From the human T2T-CHM13v2.0 reference genome, Homo sapiens: a DNA stretch of 64,000 nt. Of this stretch, positions 18,988 through 34,824 are shown one piece after another. The stretch is from NCBI RefSeq assembly GCF_009914755.1, contig NC_060932.1, one strand, 5' to 3'. Position 1 is the first letter of the stretch. Each line of letters starts with the position of its first letter. Position numbers and translations under genes: made by a program. The notes under the pieces were generated by a model that was given only the letters and a program-made list of their open reading frames with translations, did no database searches and was not told the DNA's origin.

Positions 18988-19338
18988 TGATATAGTTTGC
19001 TTGTGTCCCCACCCAAATGTCATTTTGAATTCCCACGTGTTCTGGGAGGACCCCAGTGGGTGGTAATTGAATCATGGGGGCATATGTTTTCCATGCTGTT
19101 CTTGTGATAATAAGTCTCATGAGACTGATGGTTATTATAAGGGGGAGTTTTCCTGCACAAGCTCTCTCTTTGCCTGCTGCCATCTATGTAAGATGTGACT
19201 TGCTCTTCCTTGCCTTCTGCCATGATTTGAGGCTTCCCCAGCCACTGTGGAACTGTAAGTCCAATTAAATCTCTTTCTTTCAAAAATTGCTCAGTCTCAG
19301 GTATGCCTTTATCAACAGCATGAAAACTGACTAATACA
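18988..19338 (+). mobile_element. THE1B-like solo LTR (ERVL-MaLR)
   Basis: tgatatagtttg...ctaataca; TSD ctgag/ttgag. Confidence 0.9.
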
Positions 19339-19560
19339 TTGAGTCAATCTCCTTACTCATTATTGGTCTTTTTATAGTTTCTATTTTTTGGTGATTCAGT
19401 TTTGGTAGGTTGTAGGTTTCTAGGAACTTATCCATCTTCTATTTTATCTGATTTGTTCATGTATAATAGTTCATAGTAGTCTCTTATGATCTTCTGAAAT
19501 TCTATAGTATCAGTTGTAATATTTCTTCTCTTATTTCTGATTTCAATTGTTTCATTTCTA

Positions 19561-19628
19561 TAACTTTTTCTGCTTATTTCAGTTCCATAATTTTTTGTGC
19601 TTATTTCAGTTCCATAACTTTTTGTGCT
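19561..19628. repeat. 27-bp tandem repeat, about 2.5 copies
   Basis: Unit taactttttctgcttatttcagttcca. Confidence 0.85.
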
Positions 19629-19843
19629 TTTTGTTATCTTAGTAAAACCTCTTAATCTCATTGATCTTTTCTATAGTTCTTCTCATTTTGTTATTTATTT
19701 CTGTTCTGAACTTTGTTGTTTCTTTCCTCTGCTAACTGTGGGCTTAGTTTTTTTTTTTCTTTTTAAGTCCCTTGAGGTATAATGTTAGGTTGTTTATTGG
19801 ATAATTTTCTTTGTTGATGTAGACACTTATTGCTATAAACTTT

Positions 19844-20209
19844 GGTATGGTTTGGCTCTGTGTCCCGACCCAAATCTCATTTTAAATTGTAATCCCCACA
19901 TGTTGAGGGAGGGACCTGGAGGGAGGTGATTGGGTTATGGCAGTGGTTTCCTCTATTCTGTTCTAAAGATAGTGAGTAAGTTCTCATGAGATCTGATGGT
20001 TTAAAAGTGTTTGGCACTTCCTGCTTCTCTCTCTTTCTCTCTTGCAGCCATGTAAGATGTGCCCCACTTCCCCTTTGCCTTCTGCCATGATTGTAAGTTT
20101 CCTGAAGCCTCCCTAGCCATGTGGAACTGTGAATCAATAAAACCTCTTTTCTTTATAAATTACCCAGTCTCAGGTATCCTTTATAGCAGTGTGAAAATGG
20201 ACGAATACA
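19844..20209 (+). mobile_element. THE1D-like solo LTR
   Basis: ggtatggtttggctctgtgtcc...gaataca; TSD acttt at 19839-19843 and 20210-20214. Confidence 0.9.
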
Positions 20210-21337
20210 ACTTTTGTCTTTTATTATTTTTAAGTTCATTAGTACACGTGCAAGATGTGCAGGTTTGTTACATAGGTAAACATGTGCCATAGTGGTCTGC
20301 TGTACACATCATCCCATCACCTAGGTATTAAGCCCAGCATCAATTAGCTATTCTTCCTGATGCCATCTGTCCTCCTTACCACCATTCTCCAACAGGCCCC
20401 TATGTGTGTTATGCCCCCCTATGTGTCCATGTGTTCTCATCATTCAGCTCCCATTTATAAGTGAGAACATACAGTATTTGGTTTTCTGTTCCTGAATTAG
20501 TTTTCTGAGGATAATGACCTCCAGCTCCATCCATGTCCTTGCAAAGGACATGATCTCATTTCTTTTCATGGCTGCATAGCATTCCATGATGTATATGTTC
20601 CACATTTTTTAAAATCCAGTCTATAGTTGATGGGCATTTAGGTTAATGTCATGTATTTGCTATTGTAAATAGTGCTTCGATGAACATATGCATGCATGTG
20701 TCATTATAATAGAATGATTTATATTCCCTTGGGTATATACCCAGTAATAGGTCAAATGGTATTTCTCCCTCTAGGTCTTTGAGGAATCTCCACACTCTTT
20801 TCCACAATAGTTGAACTGATAATTTACACTTCCACCAATAGCGTAAAAGCATTCCTTTTTCTCCACAACCTCTCCAGCATCTATTGTTTTTTGACCTTAA
20901 TAATAGCCATTCTGACTGGTGTGAGATGGTATCTCATTGTGTTTTTGATTTGCATTTCTCTCATGATCAGTGATGCTGAGCTATTTTTCATATGTTTGTT
21001 GGCCACATGTATGTCTTCTTTTGAGAAGTGTCTGTTCATGTCCTTTGCCCATGTTTTAATGGGGTTATTTATTTTTTCTTGTAAATTGTTTAAGTTCCTT
21101 GTAGATGCTGGATATTGGATCTTTGTCAGATGAATAGATTGCAAAAATTTTCTCCCATTCTGTAGGTTGTCTGTTCACTTTGATGATAGTTTCTTTTCCT
21201 GGGCAGAAGCTCTTTAGTTTAATTAGATCCCATTGGCCAATTTTTGTTTTTGTTGCAGTTGTTTTTGGTCTTTTCATCATTAAATACTTGCCTGTGCCTA
21301 TCTCTTGAATGGTATTGCCTAGATTTTCTTCTAGAGG

Positions 21338-21638
21338 TTTTTTTTTCTTTTTTCTTCCCCAAGATGATGTCTCGCTGTTGTTGGCCTGGGCTGCAGTGCA
21401 ATGGCTCGACCTCAGCTCACTGCAACCTCTGCCTCCCCTCCAATTCTCTTGCCTCAGACTCCCAAGTAGCTGGGATTACAGGGGCCTGCCACCATGCCCG
21501 ACTAATTTTTGTAATTTTTAGTAGAGACAGGGTTTCACCATGTTGGCAGGCTGGTCTCAAACTCCTGACCTCAGGTGGTCCACCCACCTCGGCCTCCCAA
21601 AGTGCTGGGATTACAGGCATGAGCCACCATACGCAGCC
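21338..21638 (-). mobile_element. AluS (Sq/Sx-like) inside L1 ORF2
   Basis: Dimeric Alu, 'ctcctgacctcaggtg'; degenerate TSD tcttcta(g/c)ag. Confidence 0.9.
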
Positions 21639-24600
21639 CTCTTCTACAGTTTTAATAGTTTTGTATTTTCCATTTAAATCTTTAATCCATCTTGAGTTGA
21701 TTTTTGTATACCATATAAGAAATGGGCCAAGTTTCAATTTTCTGCATATGGCTAGCCAGTTCTCCCAACACAATTTATTAAATAGGGAATCCTTTCCTCA
21801 TGCTGGTTTTTGTCAGGTTTGTTGAATATCAGAAGGTTGTAAGTGTGTAGTCTTATTTCTGCGTTCTCTATTCTGTTCCATTGATCTACGTTTCTGTTCT
21901 TGTACCAGTACTAAGCTGTTTTGGTTACTGTAGCATTGTAGTATAGTTTGAAATTGTGTAGCATGATACTTCCAGCTTTTTGTTATTGTTGTTTAGGATT
22001 GTCTTGGCTATTCAGGTTCTTTTTCATTCCATGTGAATTTTAAAATAGTTTTCTTTTTCTAATTCTGTGAAGAATGTCAATGGTAGTTTAATGGGAATAG
22101 CACAGAATCTATACAATGCTTTGCGCAGTATGGTCATTTTCACAATATTGATCTTTCTGTCCACGAGCATGGAATGTTCTTCCATTTGTTTGTGTCCTCT
22201 CTGGTTTATTTGAGCAGAGGTTTGTAGTTCTCCTTGAAGAGATCCCTTACTTCCCTTGTTAGCTGTATTCCCAGGTATTTTATTCTTTTTGTGAAAATTG
22301 TGAGTGGGAGTTCATTCAGGATTTGGGTCTCAGTTTGTTTTTTGTTGCTGTGTAGGAATGCTAGTGATTTTTGCGTATTGATTTTGTATCCTGAGACTTT
22401 GCTGAAGTTGCTTATCAGCTTAGGAAGCTTTTGGGCTGAGATGAAGGGGTTTTCTAGATATGGGATCATGTCATCTGCAAACAAAGATAGTTTGACTTCC
22501 ACCCTTCCTGTTTGAATATGCTTTATTTCTTTTTTTTTTTTATTTTTGCCTGATTGCCCTGGCCAGAACTTCCAATATTATATTGAATGGTAGTGGCAAG
22601 AGATGGCATCCTTGTCTTTTCCAGTTTTCAAGGGGAATGTTTCCAGCTTTTCCCCATTCAGTATGAAACTGGTTGTGGGTTTGTAATATATGGCTATTAT
22701 TATGCTGATGTATGTTCCTTCAATATCTAGTTTATTGAGAGTTTTTAACATGAAGGATGCTGAATTTTATTGAGAGCTTTTTTTGCATCTATTGAGATAA
22801 TCATGTGGGTTCTGTCTTTAGATCTGTTTGTGTGATGAATCACATTTATTGATTTGCATATGCTGAACCAACCTTGCAACCTGGGGATAAAGCCTACTTG
22901 ATCATGGTGGATAAGCTTTTTGGTATGCTGCTGGATTCAGGTTGCTAGTAGTTTATTGAGGATTTTTTCATAAATGTTTATTAAGAATATTGGCCTAAAG
23001 TTTTCTTTTTTTGTTGTATCTCTGTCAGATTTTGGTAGTAGGAAAATGCTGGCCTCATAGAATCAGTTAGGGAGGAATCTCTTGTTTTCAATTTTTTGTA
23101 AGAGTTTCATTAGAGATGGTAGGGGCTCTTCTTTGTACCTCTGGTAGAATTCAGCTGTGAATCCATGTGGTCCTCAGCTTTTTTTCGGTTGTGAGGCTAT
23201 TTATTACTGCCTCAATTTCAGAACTCATTATTGGTCTGTTCAGGAATCCGATTTCTTCCTGGTTCAGACTTGGGAGGGTATATTTGTCAAGGAATGTATC
23301 AATTTCTTCTAGATTTTCTAGTTTATGTACATAGAGGTACTTATAGTATCCTCTGATTGTTGTTTGTGTTTCCGTGGGGTCAGTGGAGATATCCGCCTTA
23401 TCATTTCTGATTGTGTTTATTTGATTCTTCTCTCTTTTCTTCATTATTCTAGCTAGCAGTCTATCTATTTTATTAATTTTTCCAAAAAACCAGCTCCTGG
23501 ATTTACTGATTATTTGAAGGGATTTTTTGAGTCTCTGTCTCCTTTAGTTCAGCTCTGATCTTGGTTATTTCTTATCTTCTTCTAGCTTTGGGGTTTGTTT
23601 ACTCTTGATTCTCTAGTTCTTTTAGTTGTGATGTTTGGATGTTCTCTTAAGATCTTTCTAGCTTTTTGATATGGGCATTTTGTGCTATAAATTTCCCTCT
23701 GAACACTGCTTTAGCTGCATCCCAAAGATTCTGGTACACTGTCTCTTCATTCTCATTAGTTTAAAAGAACTTCTTGATTTTTGCCTTAATTTCATTAATT
23801 ACCCAAGAGTCATTCAGGATCAGGTTGTTCTGTTTCCAGGTAGTTGTGTGGTTTTGAGAGAATTTTTAGAACTTAAGTTCTAATTATATTACACTGAGGT
23901 CTGAGAGACTGTTTGTTATGATTTCCTTTCTTTTGCATTTGCTTAGGAGTGTTTTACTTCGGATTATGTGATCAATTTTAGAGTAAGTGCCATGAGGTGA
24001 TGAGAAGAATTTATACCCTCTTGTTTTTGGGTGGAGTGTTCTCTAGATGTCTATCATGTTCACTTGATCCAGAGCAGAGATCAGAGCCCAAATATCTTTG
24101 TTAATTTTCTGTCTCGATGATCTGTCTAATATTGTCAGTGGGATGTTAAAGTCTCCCACTATTATTTTATGAGAGTCTAAGTCTCTCTGAAGGTCTCTAA
24201 GAATTTGCTTTATGAATCTGGGTGCTCCTGTATTGGGTGCATATATATTTAGTATAGTTAGCTTTTCTTGTTGAATTGAACCCCTTACCATTATGTAATG
24301 CCCTTTTTGTCTTTTTTGATTGTTGTTGGTTTAAAGTCTGTCTTGTCAGAATCTAGGTTTGTACCCGTTGCTTTTCTTCTTTTTGTCCACTTGCTTGGTA
24401 AATTTACCTCCTCCCTTTATTTTGACCCTATGTACATCTTTGCATGTGAGATGATTCTCTTGATGACAGCATACCAATGGATCTTGGCTGCTTATCCAGC
24501 TCACCACTCTGTTTTTTAATAAGGGCATTTACCCTATTTACATTGAAGGTTAGTATTGTTATGTGTGGATTTAATCCTGTCATCATGATGCTAGCTGGTT

Positions 24601-24792
24601 ATTTTACAGACTTGTGTATGTAGTTGCTTCATAGTATCACTGGTCTATGTACTTCACTTCTTTTTTGTAGTGGCTGGTAACAGTTTTTCCTTTCCATATT
24701 TAGTGCTTCCTTCAGGAGCTCTTGAAGGCCTGCTGGTAATGAATTCCTCAACATTTGTTTGTCTGAAAAGGATGTTATTTCTTCTTGCTTAT

Positions 24793-25151
24793 TGATATTG
24801 TTTGGCTCTGTGTCCCCACCCAAATCTCACCTTGAATTGTAATAATCCCCACATGTCAAGGGTGGGACCAGATGAAGGTTATTGTATCATGGGGGCAGTT
24901 TCCCCCATGCTGTTCTCATGATAGTGAGTGAGATCTTATGAGATCTGATGGTTCTATAAGCATCTGGCATTTCACATGCTGGCACTCCATTCTTTCTCCT
25001 GCTCCCCTGTGAACAGATGCCTTCTGCCATGATTGTAAGTTTCCTGAGGCAACTCCAGCCATGTGGATCTGTGAGTAAATTAATCCTCTTTTCTTTATAA
25101 ATTATTCAGTCTCAGTATTTCTTCATAGCAGCATGATAGTGGGCTAATACA
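24793..25151 (+). mobile_element. THE1C-like solo LTR inserted in L1 ORF1
   Basis: tgatattgtttgg...ctaataca; perfect TSD cttat at 24788-24792 and 25152-25156. Confidence 0.92.
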
Positions 25152-26269
25152 CTTATGAAGCTTAGTTTAGCTGGATATAAAATCCTGGGTTGGAAATTCT
25201 TTTCTTTAAGAATGTTGAATATTTGTCCCCAGTCTCTTCTGGCTTGTAGGGTGTCCACAGAGTGGTCTGCTCTTAGTCTGATGGGCTTCCATTTGTAGGT
25301 GGCCTGGCCTTTCTTTCTGGCTGCCTTTAACATTTCTTCTTTCATTTCAACTTTGGAGAATCTGATGATTATGTGTCTTGGGGTTGATTTTCTTGTGGAA
25401 TATCTTAGTGGGGTTCTCAGCATTTCCTGAATTTGAATGTTGGCCTGTCTTGCTAGGTTAAGGAAGTTCTCCTGGATGATATCCTGAAGTACATTTTCCA
25501 ACCTGGTTCCATTCATTCCCTCTCTTTCAGGTACTCCAATCAGTCATAGATTTGGTTTCTTTACATAATCCCATATTTCTTGGAGGTTTCGTTAATTTCT
25601 TTTCATTCTTTTTTCCTGTATTATTGTCGGCCTGTCTGATTTAAGAAAGATTGTCTTCAAGCTCTGAGATTCTTTCCTCCTTGGTCTATTCTGCTATTAA
25701 TATTTGTGATTGTATTGTGAAGTTCTTGGAATGTGTTTTTCAGCTCTAACAGGTTGGTTATGTTCTCTAAACTGGCTATTTTGGCTGTCAGGTCTTGTAT
25801 TGTTTTATCATAATTCTTAGCTTCTTTGCATAATTCTTAGCTTCTTTGTAACATGCTTTTCTTTTTTTAGCTCAGCGAAGTTTGTTATTACTCACCTTCT
25901 GAAGTCTACGTCTGTCAATTCAGCCATCTTAGCCTCAGCCCAATTCTGAGCCCTTACTGTAGAGGTGTTGTGGCCATTCAGTGGAAAAAGTGCACACTGG
26001 CTTTTTGAGTTTTCAGCATTTTGGGGTTGATTCTCTCTCATATTTGTGGGCTTATCTACCTTTGATCTTCTAGGTTGCTGACCTTCTGATGGGGTTTTTG
26101 TGGGTTGTTGTTGTTTTCTATTTGTTTTACTTTTAACAGTCTGACCACTCTTCTAAAGGGCTGCTTCAGTGTCCTGGGTGTCTGCTTCAGACCCTAGTTG
26201 CCTCAGTTTTTCCTGTAGCTGGAGGTACTACCGTTGAAGGCTGTGAGACAGCAAAGAGGCAGCCTGCCC

Positions 26270-27330
26270 CTTCCTCTGGAAGCTCCATCCCTGTGGGGTA
26301 CTGACCTATTGCCAGCCTAGATGTGCCTGTAGTAGGTGGCTGGAGACCCTGGCTGAGAGGTCTCACCCAGTCAGGAGGAACAGGATCAGGGACCCACTTA
26401 AAGAAACAGTCTGGCTGCTTTTTGGTAGAGGAGCTCTGCTGTGTTGGAGATCCATTCATTCCCTGATCAGTTTGGGTTCTCTAAGGCCCATAGGCTGGAC
26501 CAGCTGAGAAGTGTGAATTGCCAAGGTGGAGGCCTCCCTTGCCCCTCAGGCACTTTGTCCCAGGGAGAATATGTACAAGGGTGGCTGGAGGCTGCAGCTG
26601 GGAGGACCTGGCTGGAAGAACCTGCCCTGCAAGGAGGAGTGGATCAGGGCCCCACTTAAAGCAACAGTTTGTCCTCACTTTGAAAAAACAGCTATCTTGT
26701 GGAGGGGAATTTCCTCTGCCCCTGTTGGCTTGGACTCTCCAAAACCTGCAGGCTGGAACAGCTGAGTTTTCCAACTAACCCAGGTGGCAGCCCTCCTTTC
26801 CCTTGGACACTCTATACCAGGGAGAGATCAGAGCTCTGTCTCTATTACGTACAACTGGGCATGGCTAAAGGGCCTGGCTGAGAGATCCTGCCAAGTGAGG
26901 AGGATCTGGGTCCCACTTAAAGAAGCAGTCCAGCCACAATCAGGAAAAGCTGCTGTGTTGTGCTGTTGGGGGGACCCTCCCTTGTCCAGACCATTTCAAC
27001 TCTCCAAAGCCCACAAGCTGGAACTGCTGAGCTGTCCAACCATCCTTGGTGGTGGGCCTCCCCTTCCCTGGGTACTTCGTGCCAGGGAGAGATCAGATCT
27101 CTATCTCTAATACATGGAAGCAGCATGGCTGGAGGGTCCATCTGGGATGTCCTACTCAGTGAGAAGGAATGGATGGAGGCCCTGCTTAAAGAGGCATTAT
27201 GGCCACAATCTGGCAAAGCCACTGTGTTGCACTGCTGGGGGGAGCCTCCTCATCTGTTTGGACTCTCCAAAGCCCACAGGCTGGAATGGCTGAGTGAACC
27301 AAACAGCAGAGATGGTGCCTGCCCCTCTCC
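26270..27330. repeat. ~260-bp tandem repeat (4 copies) in L1 5'UTR
   Basis: Anchor 'cccacttaaag'-like at 26393, 26651, 26912 and 27181. Confidence 0.85.
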
Positions 27331-28184
27331 ACAGGGCTCCATCCAGTCTCAGACAGGCTTTACCCTGTTGCTGGTGGCTGGCTCAAATTCCAAGCTGGTG
27401 GGTCTTATGAGGTGCTAAGGAAGCCCACAAAATGACACTGCTTGGCTCCCTGGATTCTGCCACTTCCTAGGGGTATGTGTGTAATTCTTGCCATGCCTGA
27501 ATTGCAGACTCATTTGTTGCAGATCCCAGGTCTAGAGTATTTAAAGCTCCTGGGTCTCTGTGTGTGCCTGAGCAGCTGCCCTGAGAAGACTCCATAGAGA
27601 CATCCAACTCTATGTGTCGGATCCAAGGCTCTGGTGGCAGGGGCTCACAAGGGGATCTCCTGATCTGCAAGCTGTAAAGATCTGTGGGAGAAGTGTGGTT
27701 TCCCAGGGTCACACAATCACTCACCACTTCCTTTAGCTGGGGATGGGGGTTCCCTTGGCTCCATGTTGCTCCTAGGTGAGCTGTTGCCCCACCATGCTTT
27801 TCTTTGTTCTCCATGTGTTGAGTTCTTTCCCTAATCAGTTCCAATGTGGGAACCTGGATATTTCAGTTGAAGATGCTGTATTCACTTGCCCTTTTTGTTC
27901 CTCTCCTTGAGTGTCATGGATCACAGCTGCTTCTAATCATCCAACTTGGCCCCTCCCCCTAAACTTTCATCTTAAAACTGCTTTTGCTGCCTTCCATAAG
28001 TTTTAGTGTGTTATGTCTCCATTTTAGTCTCAAAATATTTTTTGATTTCTCCTTTAATGTTTTTCTAGACTAATAGGTTGTTCAAGAGTGTGATGTTTAA
28101 TTTCTACATATATGTGAACTTTTTAGTTTTTCTCCTGTTATTGATTTCTAGTTTCATAACATTGTGTTTGGAAAAGATACTTGA

Positions 28185-30640
<2,456 letters not shown>

Positions 30641-30670
30641 AGACATGATACAACTTTAATGTCCTCAAAT

Positions 30671-30760
30671 ATTTTTTAGAGATGGGGTCTCAGTCAATTT
30701 ATCCTTCCACCTCAGCATCTTGAATAGCTGGGATTACAGGTGTAAGCCACTCCACCCAGC
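30671..30760 (-). mobile_element. Deleted Alu monomer (FLAM-like)
   Basis: 'agagatggggtctc...gctgggattacaggtgtaagccac'. Confidence 0.7.
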
Positions 30761-31169
30761 TTAAATTTGTTAAGTTGTCTTGAGGCCTAACGTATTAACT
30801 ACCCTGGAGAATGTTTTGTATACACTTGAGCAGAGTAAAGGGAAGTTTTTCTGAATAAATTGAGGTTCACTTCCAAAGTTTTCTTGTTGGTTTTCTTTCT
30901 GGATAACCTATTCATTGTGTGATATCCATACCATGGGATACAGGTATTGAAATCCCCTAATAATATCATATGGCTGTCTATTTCTTCCTTCAGATCTGCC
31001 AATAGTTGCTTTATATATTTAGGTGCTTAATTGTAGAGTGCATATACATTGACAATTATATCCTCTTGATGAATTGATCCCTTTGTCATTACATAGTGAA
31101 CTTCTTTGTCTCTTGTTACAGTTTTTGACTTAAGTCTATTTTGTCTGATATACATATAGCTACTCCTCC

Positions 31170-31460
31170 TTTTTTTTTTTTTGAGACGGAGTCTCCTTGT
31201 TGCGCAGGTTGGAGTGCAGTGGCACGATCTCGGCTCACTGCAGGCTCCACCCCAGGGTTCACGTCATTCTCCTGCCTCAGCCTCTGGAGTAGCTGGGACT
31301 ACAGGCACCCGCCACCTCGCTCGGCTAATTTTTTGTATTTTTAGTAGAGACGGGGTTTCACCGTGTTAGCCAGGATGGTCTCGATCTCCTGACCTCGTGA
31401 TCCACCTGCCTCGGCCTCCCAAAGTGCTGGGATTACAGGCATGAACCACCGTGCCCGGCC
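31170..31460 (-). mobile_element. AluY
   Basis: Y diagnostics 'gggttcacgtcattctcc' and 'ccgtgttagccaggatggtctcgatctcctgacctcgtg'; CpG-rich. Confidence 0.92.
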
Positions 31461-34049
31461 TATCTTTTGGTTTTTATTTGCATGGAATATCTTTTCCATC
31501 CCTTCACTTTCAGCCTATGCATGTCCTTAAAGCTAAAATGAGTTTCTTACACGCAGTATATGGTTGTATCTTGTGTATGTGTTTTTTAAAATTCAGCCAC
31601 TCTGTGTCCTTCTGATTGGTGAATTCAGTTTATTTAAATCTGAAGTAATTATTAATAGATTAGGACTTGCTATTTCCATTTCAAATTATTTTCTGTTTTA
31701 TAGTTCCTTTTTCATCTCTTGCTCTCTTCTGTTGTTATTTGATTTTATATAGCAGTGTGCTTGATTTTTTTCTTTTCATCTTTTAAATATCTACTCTAGG
31801 TTTTTGCTCTGTGATTATCATGGGATTACGAAAAACATTTAACAGGTATAAAAGTCTAAGTTTATTTTAACTTCAATAGCATACAGCAACTTTACCATTT
31901 ACCCTTTACTGCCCACATTTTAATTTTTGATTTCACAATTTGTTATATTGTTTATTCGTTAACAAATTATTATAGGTACAACTATTTTAATATGTTTGTC
32001 TTTTCACCTTTATAGTGGAGTTTAAAATGATTTATACACCACAATTACAGTATTATTCCGAATTTGATTATTTACTTACCTTTACCAGTGAGTTTTATAC
32101 TTTTATATGCTTTCATTTTACTAATTAGTGTCCCTTCTGTTAGCTTGAAGAACTCCCTTTAATATTTCATGTAAGGCAGGTATAGTAGTGATGAATTCCT
32201 TCTGCTTCTGTTTATCTGGGAAAGTCTTTATCTTTCCCTCATTACTGAAGGACAATTTTGCTACATAAAGTTTTCTTAGTTGACTTTTCCCCTCCCCAGA
32301 ACTTTGAATATTATCATTCTGCTCTATACTGGCCTTCAAGGTTTGTGCTAAGAAATTCACTGAGTCTAAGGTAGCTTTTTTGTTTCTTTGTTTGTAACAA
32401 GTCTCTTATTTATTTCTGCTTTCAAAATTTTTGCCTTATCTTTGATTTTTGATAGTATTGTTAGAATGTGTCTCTGTGAAGTCCTCTTTGCATTGAAACT
32501 ATTTGGGAACTTTTGAGAATCATGTACATGAATTGTTCATATTTTTCTCAATATTTGTAAAATTTTCAGGCATTATCTATTTAAATAACTTTTCTGATTC
32601 CTTCTGTCTATTTTTTTTTCTCCTTCTGGGGACTCCATATTTCTTATATCATTTCTCTTGATGGTGTCCTATAAATATCATAAGGCTTCTTTATTTTTTA
32701 TATTGTGTTTTCTTTTTTTCACTCTGACTGGATAATTTCAAATTACCTAACTTCAAGTTCACATATTTTCTTCTGTTTGACTGAAGTGTGCTATTTAAGG
32801 CCTATTTTGCATTTTTCGTTTCCTTCACTGTATTCATCACCTCCAGAATTTCATTTTAAAAATAATTTGTATCTCTTTGTTGATCTTCTCATTTTGCTTA
32901 TGTATTTTTCCTAATTTCATTTTTATCTATTTGTGTTCTTTTTTAGCTTACTGACATTCCTTGAAACAATAATTTTGGATTCCTTGTTAGGCAATTTATA
33001 GAACTCCATTTTTTTGAGGACAGTTATTAGAAAATGTGCATATTCTTTTGCTGGTGTCATATTTCCTTGTTTTTTTAATGTTCTTTGAAGTCTTGCATTG
33101 CTACCCTCACATTTAAAGAAGAAATCACCATTTGGTGATTGGCCCTGGGAAAGAAATACCTTCATCAGTGAGCCAGGCTAGGGATTCTGAGGCTCTCTCA
33201 GACCTTTTCTATGGATTTACTCACTCCATCCTTCATGTTCCCTTTTGGGAGAAAATTCTTACAAATTCAAGAGTTTCCCAAAACCAGGTCTGGTGTTGAC
33301 AGTCTTCTGTTTGTTTTCCCTATGGCAGTGCCTTGAAATGCTTAAGTTTGTCTGCCTTTCTCCAATCCTGCAGAATCAAGCTGGCTGACTGCATGTGCTC
33401 ATGAGCTTGTGTGCAAAGGCTCCCACTCGTTGTTGAGGGAGTGCACATGGAAAGTAAGCTACCAGGAATATGGGTGAAGTATGTGGAACAGTGAAGGTGC
33501 CTGTGGGCCAGTTGAGAGGAGGGAGTCTGTGGGTTAGGCACTCCAAGTCACTTGTGGGTGGTCCTCCTGATGGAGTTCATGTGGTTGTTAGTTGGACAAA
33601 TGGCCCTTTTTTGAGTTTCTAGCCTTGCCTCTGTTTCCTGCTCCCAGCTTCCCCCAGCCACTTAGCCACGCTGATCCCTTCAGCATGGGGAGATGAGAAA
33701 GAGATGGGCCTCTGAGTCAGTGTCCTGCATAGCTGGCATAGCCAGGCTCAGTCTGTTTTCACTTTCCCCTATGAGAGGCATCATGGGCTGAGGGGCTTTC
33801 TCTTGTCACTAAGCTGTGCCACCTTGGGTGAGTGGTGAAGAGGGTAAAGGGAAACTGATTTTCTTCCCTTTTAATGTATTATTAGAATATATTTTTTGAA
33901 CTTCTCTGCTGGGCTCCCAGACACCCACAAGGGTACTCTTTGTGGTTCCTTTGTGCACTATGGGTGCACTATGGGGAGGTGGTGGTAAAGAACTTCTATT
34001 TAGACATCTTGCTGATGTCACTCCTCTAGGAAGATGACACATTCCTACC

Positions 34050-34260
34050 AGTTGCTATGTAACTGACAGAACTTCATTGTGAAAGGAAAATATTTTCTTG
34101 CCCCATTGACTTGAGGCTTGGATATATGACTTGCTTTATGCTACGGAATGTGTTCATAAGTAGTAGAGGCACAGTTGGAGGAAAAGTGTTAAGCCCCTTT
34201 TCATGAATTGTCCATGCTCTGTTTCCCTCTGCCAGGAGGAGGTGTTACATTTAGTTTAAT
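34050..34260 (+). mobile_element. MLT1-type LTR fragment
   Basis: 'ccccattgacttgaggcttggatatatgacttgcttt' resembles old MLT1 LTRs. Confidence 0.55.
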
Positions 34261-34309
34261 GGTTATCTGATCACAGTTGTAACCAAGACAGCAGAGGAGA
34301 AAATGATTC

Positions 34310-34730
34310 GTCTTGAAAATGCTTTGGACATTCTTGTATATTTTCTGAGTAGCTTGTCAAGTTTCAAACAAAGCAAAACAAAATAAAAATACAAATTTTG
34401 ACATTTTGGGGGACTATATGTATTATATTTCTTATCAAACTGGTGACAACTGACATTTTCCCAGCATTGCATCTTCCAGTCACTGAATATGTTTTTTTTT
34501 TTCTAACCTCAATAATGATTTATAGTTTTTCCCCATATCTTTTGGTGATTTTATTTATTGGTATTTTTGGTGCTTTTAAAATTAACTTTTAAAAATCTCA
34601 TATTCTAACTCATAACTAACAAATAGAAATATTGATTTTTAAAAATACCAAGCTTGTCCAGTAATTTTGCTAAATTAACTTGTTTTAATAACTTATCTAT
34701 AAATTATTTTATATTTTCATGTACACAATC
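34310..34730 (-). mobile_element. Ancient L1M ORF2 fragment
   Basis: 'agcttgtcaagttt...actgacattttc...tttatagttttt' resembles reverse L1 ORF2. Confidence 0.55.
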
Positions 34731-34824
34731 TGCCTTTTCCTCCCTTGCCACACACACAGAATGCAGCAACAGTTTCTTTATACCAGGTGTTCAACACCTA
34801 CTATTAAATGGAACAAAATTCTAA

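Larger units (their letters stand above)
20221..27959 (-). mobile_element. Full-length older primate L1 (L1PA11-13-like) with ~1.9-kb 5'UTR; ORFs disrupted
   Basis: 3'UTR 'atcccatcacctaggtattaagcccagcat'; ORF2/ORF1 fragments (LFADD, YPAKLS); ORF1 ATG near 26041; 14-bp TSD. Confidence 0.9.

Noticed and set aside
21244-21825. 193-aa ORF and similar Alu-spanning ORFs (29538-29840, 50629-51175, 54045-54419)
   Set aside because: Typical Alu or low-complexity read-through translations.
26187-27844. Cluster of overlapping 70-150-aa ORFs
   Set aside because: Expected from the GC-rich tandem-repeated L1 5'UTR; no recognisable domain.
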